Source of the DNA: Gammaproteobacteria bacterium
Lineage (GTDB): Bacteria > Pseudomonadota > Gammaproteobacteria > Eutrophobiales > Eutrophobiaceae
NCBI GenBank assembly: GCA_022826885.1
Contig: JAJDUB010000073.1
Span: 65,388-129,387, forward strand
Length of the DNA stretch: 64,000 bases
Direction of reading: 5' to 3'
The notes under the pieces were generated by a model that was not told the origin of the DNA, did not search any database, and worked only from the letters and a program-made list of their open reading frames with translations. The position numbers and the translations under genes were made by a program. Positions 35,074 through 41,419 of the stretch are shown piece by piece; the first letter of the stretch is position 1, and every line of letters starts with the position of its first letter.

Positions 35074-35751
35074 CTACGAAACGGCCTTTATGAATGCGCT
35101 TGTATCGATCTTACCCCAGGCGTAAAGGCGTGCCAGTGCTTCATAGTCCCGGTGAAGGAATCGCATGAGGTTTTTGCGGGCTTTCGATGACAAGGGAGGA
35201 CCTCGCATATCGCTGTTTTCATGTATCTGATATTCGTTGTTAATTCCAAACACTTTCGCTATGTCCTGATTTAACGTTTCCTGCATCAGTACTGCCTCTA
35301 TCTGGTCGGGTCGGCAACGGTCCAAAAGATTAGTAAGATAGAAACTGATATCCATGCGAATATGACCGATCGTCCGCATGGCCTTAACGGCCTCAGGCCT
35401 TGGTATCCCGTCATCATCGTACAGCGATTCGCTCAGCACATTGATGTTGCCGTATTGCGTCAGGGCTTCAAATTCTCCAGGATCGCTATGTCGTTGCTCT
35501 TCGGTAACCACCACCAGTTTGTAGCGCCAGTTAAATGCCGAAATTGTCCGTTCAAGGGGGTTTCTGGCAAGGATGATGTACCTCATGTTCTTCCGGAAGA
35601 CTGGCTGTTGGACGTGAAATATGCGAAGCTCGTCCGCAATCCCTGCCTCCCGCAATGCTGCGTTCAGTGAACCACCGCCACACTTGCCGATACGGACCAG
35701 TGACGTTTGCGTGTGGTGGCCGGCACTTTTCTTACGCTCTATACTAAACAC
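35074..35751 (-). CDS. sulfotransferase-family protein
   Basis: 225 aa. RIGKCGGGSL resembles the 5'-phosphosulfate-binding loop. ILARNPLERTISAFNWRY resembles the RDP.eR..Sa. motif of Sulfotransfer_2-type enzymes. Confidence 0.55.
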   Translation of the reverse strand: MFSIERKKSAGHHTQTSLVRIGKCGGGSLNAALREAGIADELRIFHVQQPVFRKNMRYIILARNPLERTISAFNWRYKLVVVTEEQRHSDPGEFEALTQYGNINVLSESLYDDDGIPRPEAVKAMRTIGHIRMDISFYLTNLLDRCRPDQIEAVLMQETLNQDIAKVFGINNEYQIHENSDMRGPPLSSKARKNLMRFLHRDYEALARLYAWGKIDTSAFIKAVS

Positions 35752-36132
35752 CTGCTATTGCCTCTTGCGTTCTCAGCCGTCTTTAAGTTCCATTCATTTG
35801 GCCGGTGATACCCGATTACAGAGTCTGCCCCTCGGTTGTAGACAGGGGACAAACCATGGACGTGCTGTCCCCTCTGTTGCCAAAAAATAATTGATTTGTG
35901 AGTCTTCCCACATACATGCTGGCAAGAATGCATTACACTGTCAACATGATGGGCGCCCTTCATTTGCATAGCCTGCAGTCAGCTTGATTAGAGAGAGCGG
36001 TCAGCGTCTCTCCGGCCGTTGTGGGCGCCGCAAAACGCAATAAAACACCCCTCAAATGCCCGTTTCAAATCTCTAACACGGAATTTGGGGATAATATAAC
36101 CCACAAATTTGACAACCAGAGGAGATATCTTT

Positions 36133-36345
36133 ATGGACCGTAAATCCGATCTTGACAACCACGCTGATCAACTGAATCCAAATAACGACGCATACTGGGA
36201 TAGCCGAGCGTATGACGGACGCCCGGACGACTGGGAAGAACTTGTAAACGAAGATGAGCATGAGATATCGCAGGCAGATCTCGATAATCATGCTGACCAG
36301 CTTAACCCTAACTCCGACACTTACTCAAAATCGCGCAGCGGGTAG
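36133..36345 (+). CDS. small acidic protein with duplicated DLDNHADQLNPN-D-Y motif (hypothetical)
   Basis: 70 aa from ATG 36133, preceded by GAGGAG 8 nt upstream. The two motif copies are SDLDNHADQLNPNNDAYWDSR and ADLDNHADQLNPNSDTYSKSR. Confidence 0.55.
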   Translation: MDRKSDLDNHADQLNPNNDAYWDSRAYDGRPDDWEELVNEDEHEISQADLDNHADQLNPNSDTYSKSRSG

Positions 36346-36467
36346 GTCTCGCCGACAGTTGACCCCAAGGGATGGGGTCGGACCAACATAACCCTTAATC
36401 GACAGGATTCCCGGATTTGCCCGAAATGACGGCTTCACGTCCCGGGGAAAGAATTAATGCGGGAGAA

Positions 36468-36707
36468 CTATCCTAACGCAATGATGATGCCGGCAAAAAC
36501 GAACAGGGAACCGACCATCCATTTGACAAGACGGGCTTCCAGCCCTGCAATTTCGCTTTTCAGGTCGGACTTTGTCGCCAGCAGGTCGGACTTTGTTGCC
36601 AGTTGCTCCAACTGTGACACTTGAATGACGTCCTCCGATGCCTTGGTTGCGCTCTCCTCCGATGCGCCGGCTTCAATAAATGCCTTGTAGAGTGCGGTAC
36701 TGCTCAA
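36468..36707 (-). CDS. DUF1640/CCDC90-like tail-anchored coiled-coil protein
   Basis: ..LYKAFIEAGASEESATKASEDV..LATKSDLLATKSDLKSEIAGLEARLVKWMVGSLFVFAGIIIALG combines an N-terminal helical region, a coiled coil and a C-terminal TM helix. The proposed TTG start at 36707-36705 forms a TTGA overlap with the upstream stop. The ORF-track start at 36767 would overlap the upstream gene by 64 nt. Confidence 0.55.
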   Translation of the reverse strand: MSSTALYKAFIEAGASEESATKASEDVIQVSQLEQLATKSDLLATKSDLKSEIAGLEARLVKWMVGSLFVFAGIIIALG

Positions 36708-37102
36708 GTCAGCTTGAGCACCGCGACCATCACCGCCAGACCGCTGAGAAAATACCAGGTCATCCACTTGATCATTTCAACCTTGAGCTTTTGCGCGCTG
36801 ACCTCTATATCCTGCCTCGTGGCAAAGTTTTTCAGGTCGTCCTTGGTGGCCATGTTTTGCTTAACCGTTTCAAGGTCGTTCTTAACGATCTCCAGATCGT
36901 CCCTGACGGTCTCAATATCCCGCCGGGTCGCCAGGTTGCTGAGCAGGTCTCCCTGCTCCGCGGCCAGCGTTTCCGCCTGTTGCTCGTTAAACCCGCCGTC
37001 GGTCATTCGTTTCACATACCCGTGGCTGTCAAATATCAGCGTGTCTTTCATTACCGCCTGGTAATGGCCGGTCGTCGCTCCGATTGGTTTCGTTTCGGTC
37101 AT
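36704..37102 (-). CDS. DUF1640/CCDC90-like tail-anchored coiled-coil protein
   Basis: 132 aa from ATG 37102, preceded by GGGAGG. FDSHGYVKRMTDGGFNEQQAETLA..LATRRDIETVRDDLEIVKNDLETVKQNMATKDDLKNF..MIKWMTWYFLSGLAVMVAVLKL shows the same architecture as the downstream paralog. Confidence 0.65.
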   Translation of the reverse strand: MTETKPIGATTGHYQAVMKDTLIFDSHGYVKRMTDGGFNEQQAETLAAEQGDLLSNLATRRDIETVRDDLEIVKNDLETVKQNMATKDDLKNFATRQDIEVSAQKLKVEMIKWMTWYFLSGLAVMVAVLKLT

Positions 37103-37226
37103 TGTAACCTCCCTGCTTGTCCCTGTGGACTGGTAAATATTGATATAAACCTGATTGACGGATGAAGCCGTCAATCCCTGTCTCAACCCTACAGGAGGGG
37201 GGGCCAAGCGTCAACAAAAAAAGACA

Positions 37227-37542
37227 TTCGTACTTTTTTCCCAAAAATGTGAGTTTCCTCACATTTTTGTTGATTTTTTGCTTTTCAGGTTATCTGAAAC
37301 GGATAAAATCATCCTTGCCATAAGGAAACCAGGCGGTGGTCAGTCCGGCACGAACAAGAATAAACAACGCCGGATGACCGGTCGAATGGAATTCGGGATG
37401 TTGTATGCCCGCATGCCCGAGGGCGGCCCGGTTACTGCTTGCCAGGGCCACGGATCAGGGGCAGCCCAAGGGCGCCAGGGGGGTGGATACCTGTCTTCCG
37501 CTTAATGTCACCTCTCCACCCCCTTCTGGCAGGGGCATGACC
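37227..37542. repeat. copy 1 of a ~300-bp bipartite direct repeat (palindrome-bearing left module, variable middle, GC-rich structured right module)
   Basis: Aligns by eye with 38922-39218. The left ~95 bp and right ~157 bp are about 85-90% identical and the middle is divergent. The element ends in ..GGCAGGGGCATGACC in both copies. Confidence 0.85.
37245..37266. promoter_or_regulatory. perfect CRP/Vfr-type consensus palindrome AAATGTGA-N6-TCACATTT
   Basis: AAATGTGAGTTTCCTCACATTT matches all 16 half-site positions of the 22-bp CRP consensus AAATGTGATCTAGATCACATTT. Confidence 0.6.
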
Positions 37543-37567
37543 AGAAATTAATCACATAGAAATAACT

Positions 37568-37595
37568 TTGATTAACTAAAGCTATTTGCTATAGT
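37568..37595 (+). promoter_or_regulatory. candidate sigma70 promoter of the toxin-antitoxin pair
   Basis: TTGATT (37568-37573), a 16-nt spacer, then TATAGT (37590-37595), about 20 nt upstream of the GTG start at 37616. Pattern match only. Confidence 0.35.
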
Positions 37596-37615
37596 TTATA
37601 TAATGGACTAAAGCA

Positions 37616-37873
37616 GTGTATCGATTGATTATACGGAAACAAGCGATTAAGGCATTACAGGGCATGTCAGCCAAGGACTCCGGCCGTATTCGCCAGTTAC
37701 TGGATAGGCTGGCGGAAGAGCCTGAGCGACGCGATATTGATGTCAAGCCGTTACGAGGCAATCGGGGTTTCCGTCTGCGGACAGGTGACTACCGGGTAAT
37801 TTTTGATCGGGACGATCAAACACAAGTGATAGAGATTTTACGTATTGGTCCGCGTGGAGATGTTTATAAATAA
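37616..37873 (+). CDS. type II toxin, RelE/ParE superfamily
   Basis: 85 aa with ..LDRLAEEPERRDIDVKPLRGNRGFRLRTGDYRVIFDRDDQTQVIEILRIGPRGDVY, the classic RelE/ParE C-terminal pattern (R.G.YR.i...d......i..i.hR...Y). Confidence 0.85.
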   Translation: MYRLIIRKQAIKALQGMSAKDSGRIRQLLDRLAEEPERRDIDVKPLRGNRGFRLRTGDYRVIFDRDDQTQVIEILRIGPRGDVYK

Positions 37874-37888
37874 ATTGGGCAACGCATT

Positions 37889-38266
37889 ATGACTGAACCA
37901 CAAATTATTCGCGATAACAGAGGCAACCCGGCGTTCGCTGTAATCCCATGGCAGGAATATCAGCACCTGAAAGCGGGCAGCGCTGACGAGTTGCCAACCG
38001 ACGAAGAACTGTACGACGAAGCCAAATCCAGCACTGAGGAAAGCTTTCCCATTGAGGTAGCTGACCGTCTTGTGGCAGGGGAAAACCCGGTCAAGGTATA
38101 CCGCAACCTGCGAGGCTTGACGCAAACACAGCTCGCGGCGGCTGCGAATATCAATGCGGTTTACCTCTCACAAATTGAAACCGGGAAACGCACCGGGTCG
38201 ATAAAAACCCTGGCCGCCATAGCAAACGCCCTGAATGTCGCCGTGGATGATTTAAGGAAACCCTGA
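37889..38266 (+). CDS. antitoxin with C-terminal XRE-type helix-turn-helix
   Basis: 125 aa. RNLRGLTQTQLAAAANINAVYLSQIETGKRTGSIKTLAAIANALNVAVDDL is a Cro/C1-type HTH. The gene lies 15 nt downstream of the toxin (toxin-first, HigBA-like order). Confidence 0.8.
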   Translation: MTEPQIIRDNRGNPAFAVIPWQEYQHLKAGSADELPTDEELYDEAKSSTEESFPIEVADRLVAGENPVKVYRNLRGLTQTQLAAAANINAVYLSQIETGKRTGSIKTLAAIANALNVAVDDLRKP

Positions 38267-38342
38267 ACAAGCCTGTTCCTGTACCAGTTACGGGACAGAA
38301 ACCGAAGCGGGGTTTAAGATTGTAACACCAGCCGAAACCTTG

Positions 38343-38906
38343 TCAGCTTACTAGCTCGTACTCCTCCGTTTCCTCGCGAATCTCCAATGCATCCCTGGAA
38401 AGCAGGTCGCGGACTGCTTCATAAACTTCGAGATAATCCAATGACTTGCCGGACCGTAGTTGTATAAACCTGATGACGTGCGCCGGAGCGAGTCCGGGCA
38501 GGTTGAGCGACGTGTCAACCTCAAGCGGTCCTGGCTGGGCCTGTAAATCCAGGAAGGTTGCCGTGATTATCCGTCTCTGCGCGCGTCTGCGAATGTTCAA
38601 CTGCCAGAACTCGACCGCTCCCTTATCCCGGTAACTCAGGTACTTCTCTTTCGATTCATGCGTCAGTCCCACCTCAACCACCAGGTCGGATTCAGCCAGG
38701 GCAATTACCTCGTCCCTGCCTGCATGGAAGGCCACGTACTCCGACCCCAGGGAGTTGCGTTTAACCTCCTTCAGTCGTTTGCGCAACCTGTCTTCCACAC
38801 TCTGCAAGGAAGAGTCTTTCGGTAATGCCGTGGCGCTGCACATGATGTCGTCCCTCGATTTGAATAAAAGCTGTGTCAAGTATAGCAGGAAAGCGAAACA
38901 GGCCAT
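38343..38906 (-). CDS. Uma2 (DUF820)-like putative endonuclease
   Basis: SDLVVEVGLTHESKEKYLSYRDKGAVEFWQLN resembles the PD-(D/E)xK core of Uma2 proteins (PDLVVEV.S......D...K...Y...GV.EYW.vd). The start is uncertain; ATG at 38843 is an alternative. Confidence 0.5.
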   Translation of the reverse strand: MACFAFLLYLTQLLFKSRDDIMCSATALPKDSSLQSVEDRLRKRLKEVKRNSLGSEYVAFHAGRDEVIALAESDLVVEVGLTHESKEKYLSYRDKGAVEFWQLNIRRRAQRRIITATFLDLQAQPGPLEVDTSLNLPGLAPAHVIRFIQLRSGKSLDYLEVYEAVRDLLSRDALEIREETEEYELVS

Positions 38907-38921
38907 AAAACAACGCTACGC

Positions 38922-39218
38922 TTCGTACTTTTTTCCCGAAAATGTGAGTTTTCTCACATTTTCGCTGATTTTTTGCTTTTCAGTTTATCCGTGGTGAATA
39001 AAATCATTATTGCCTGAATGAAAGACGGCAACGGCGCTCCAAAATGGAGAACCCGCTAAATGGAATTCGGGTGGTTGTATGCCCGCATGCCCGAGGGCGG
39101 CCCCGGTCAGCTTTCGCCTGGGCCAGGGATCAAGGACAGCCTGAGGGCGCCAAGGGGGGTGGATACCTGTCTTCCACTTAATGTGTTCTCTCCACCCCCC
39201 TCTGGCAGGGGCATGACC
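38922..39218. repeat. copy 2 of the ~300-bp bipartite direct repeat
   Basis: See copy 1. It ends 20 nt before the stop codon of the oxidoreductase-aminotransferase fusion gene. Confidence 0.85.
38940..38961. promoter_or_regulatory. perfect CRP/Vfr-type consensus palindrome AAATGTGA-N6-TCACATTT
   Basis: AAATGTGAGTTTTCTCACATTT has both half-sites perfect. It lies 34 nt upstream of the longest Uma2-like ORF start on the minus strand. Confidence 0.6.
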
Positions 39219-39238
39219 GGTCGTCGGGACGGTAATTC

Positions 39239-41371
39239 TTACAACGCTTGCCGAATAATATCGCAAATCCTGTTTTGCGTTCCCTCCTCCAGGTACGGAT
39301 GCATAGGCAAACTCAGTACCGTTGCCGCTAACCGTTCGGAAACGGATAAATCCGGCGCAGACGGATAGCCGCGATAGGCAGTCTGCCTGTGCAGCGGTAT
39401 CGGGTAGTGCAGCGCGGTCGGAAATCCATTTTTCTTCAACTCCTCGGAAATTGCGTCACGTTCGTTTGATTTAACCGTATATTGCGCCCAGACAGAGGTG
39501 CGCCCCTCACGAACTACCGGAACATCGACCAGGTTTTCAAGCATCGAGGTGTAGCTTTGCGCAACCTGTTTGCGCAGGATGATCTCTTCCGGAAAAACAG
39601 AGAGCTTCTCGATCAATATCGCAGCCTGAATGGTGTCCAGCCTGCCGTTTATGCCGATATTCACGGCGTCGTGTTGATTCGCTCCCTTTCCATGTGCCCG
39701 CGTGCTTTTCAATTTGTCGGCGATTTCGTCGTCATCCGTAAATACCGCACCCCCATCGCCGTAACAGCCCAACGGTTTTGCCGGGAAAAAACTGGTGGTG
39801 GTAAGCTCCCCCAGTGTTCCGACCTTGTTGCCGTCCAATTCGGCGCCGAAACTCTGTGCGCCATCACAGATAACAAACAATCCGCGCTCCTCGGCAAACC
39901 GGTTTATCCCACTGTAATCGGCCGGCTGTCCGAACAGGTCGACCGGAATTATTCCCCTGGGTCTCAGACCATGCCGGACTGACTCGGAGACCGCGGCTTT
40001 CAGGCTTGCCATGTCAAGCAGGAAACAGTCTGCGTCAACATCAACGAAAACAGGTGTCGCCCCCAGCAAGGCGACAACTTCCGCGGTTGCGACGAAAGTG
40101 AACGAAGGAACAAAAATGGCATCACCCGGACCTGTATCATGGGTCATTAATGCCATAAGCAGGGCATCCGTGCCGCTGGCGCAAGTGATGACATGCCCGG
40201 CGCCTGTGAAATCGGACAGCCTTTCCTCAAGCTCCCTGACTTCCGGACCCATGATGTACTGGCCGTGATCGAGTATCTTTTGTATTGCCTGAGGTATCTT
40301 CCCGCCCAATCGTTGTTGCTGCGCCCTGAGATCAACGATAGCCGTTTTATTCAGCGCTGGATTTGCATTATTTATTGCCTGATACGAATGATTCCCGCGG
40401 ATTTCCTGTTCCGATGCCTGTAGTACCTTCAACACGCGGATCGCTTCACGGCCGTCAGTACGGCAGCCTGTCCTTCCCGCAATGCAGTCCAGGAAATGTT
40501 CCAACTCCTGTCGTAACGGCTCAACCGGAGTCACGGTAACTGCCTCGGCTTCAGCTTTGCCGGGCCCGTGCAGGCCGTTTTTACAGAGGAGGTCGTCTTT
40601 ATAAATCAGTAACTTGCGGTCCCATTCCTGGGTATCATTAAAAATTGCCATGCCTTCGTCACCCACGACCACCAGTTCCTGCACCTTGTAAGGGTGCAGC
40701 CAGGAAACAAAAACATGGGCATTCTCCCCACCGGGAAATGACAGGTAGATCGCAGCCACGTCAGCATACCGGGAATGAAGAAAAAACCCGCCTACGGCAG
40801 AAATCCTGTCCGGTTCGTCACCTACCAGCGACAGGATCATGGAAGCGTCATGGGGAACAAAGCTCCAGAGTATATTCTCCTCGCGCCTGACTTTCCCCAA
40901 ATTAGAGCGATGTGCATAGATATTACGCAAACGCCCCAGTTCACCCTGTGCCACCAGTTCCTTCAGCCTGATAAACGCAGGGTGGTATTGCAGGACGTGC
41001 CCTACCATCAACACCCGTGCCTGATTCTTCGACAACCTGTTTAAATCTTCAGCAGCGCCGACATCCATGGCAAGGGGCTTCTCAACAAACACGTGTTTTC
41101 CTGCCAGCAGCACTTTCCTTACAATTTCCGAATGTGTTTCTACCGGTGTCGCGACGGCCACCGCGTCAATATTCGCATCCCGGATCACCTCTTCGAAAGT
41201 GCATGTCCTTACGTTGTACTGTCCACCCGATTGCCGCGCCAGTTCCCGGTCCGAATCGCAGACCGCGGCCAATGCCCCCAGGTCGGAAAAATTGCGCACC
41301 AGGTTCCTGCCCCAGTAACCGCAGCCGACCACGGCCACGCGCGCCGGCGTTTGTTCTGTCATACTCATCAA
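39239..41371 (-). CDS. fusion protein: Gfo/Idh/MocA NAD-dependent sugar oxidoreductase (WbpB-like) plus DegT/DnrJ/EryC1 PLP aminotransferase (WbpE-like)
   Basis: 710 aa in a single ORF. The N-terminal half has VAVVGCGYWGRNLVRNF and the Gfo/Idh/MocA fold. From about aa 345, IVDLRAQQQRLGGKI..ILDHGQYIMGPEVRELE..ITCASGTDALLMAL..TTSFFPAKPLGCYGDGG is DegT-type. Confidence 0.85.
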   Translation of the reverse strand: MMSMTEQTPARVAVVGCGYWGRNLVRNFSDLGALAAVCDSDRELARQSGGQYNVRTCTFEEVIRDANIDAVAVATPVETHSEIVRKVLLAGKHVFVEKPLAMDVGAAEDLNRLSKNQARVLMVGHVLQYHPAFIRLKELVAQGELGRLRNIYAHRSNLGKVRREENILWSFVPHDASMILSLVGDEPDRISAVGGFFLHSRYADVAAIYLSFPGGENAHVFVSWLHPYKVQELVVVGDEGMAIFNDTQEWDRKLLIYKDDLLCKNGLHGPGKAEAEAVTVTPVEPLRQELEHFLDCIAGRTGCRTDGREAIRVLKVLQASEQEIRGNHSYQAINNANPALNKTAIVDLRAQQQRLGGKIPQAIQKILDHGQYIMGPEVRELEERLSDFTGAGHVITCASGTDALLMALMTHDTGPGDAIFVPSFTFVATAEVVALLGATPVFVDVDADCFLLDMASLKAAVSESVRHGLRPRGIIPVDLFGQPADYSGINRFAEERGLFVICDGAQSFGAELDGNKVGTLGELTTTSFFPAKPLGCYGDGGAVFTDDDEIADKLKSTRAHGKGANQHDAVNIGINGRLDTIQAAILIEKLSVFPEEIILRKQVAQSYTSMLENLVDVPVVREGRTSVWAQYTVKSNERDAISEELKKNGFPTALHYPIPLHRQTAYRGYPSAPDLSVSERLAATVLSLPMHPYLEEGTQNRICDIIRQAL

Positions 41372-41419
41372 TAACCCGAATTTAACGCGGAAATATGTCC
41401 CGACCGTAACTGAAATGCG

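Noticed and set aside
35752-36108. A gene-free 357-bp stretch with a short hairpin (ACAGGGGACA..TGTCCCCT around 35838-35875) and small ORFs (35739-35969, 36073-36291).
   Set aside because: The hairpin is imperfect and isolated. The ORFs lack an SD, motifs or plausible composition. I have no basis to call a feature here.
37155-37505. ORFs across the repeat copies (37155-37505 and 39060-39368) that share MEFG(M/W)LYARMPEGGP.
   Set aside because: Beyond that stretch the two copies lose the common frame through indels, while the nucleotide sequence stays similar. Conservation is at the DNA/RNA level, not the protein level.
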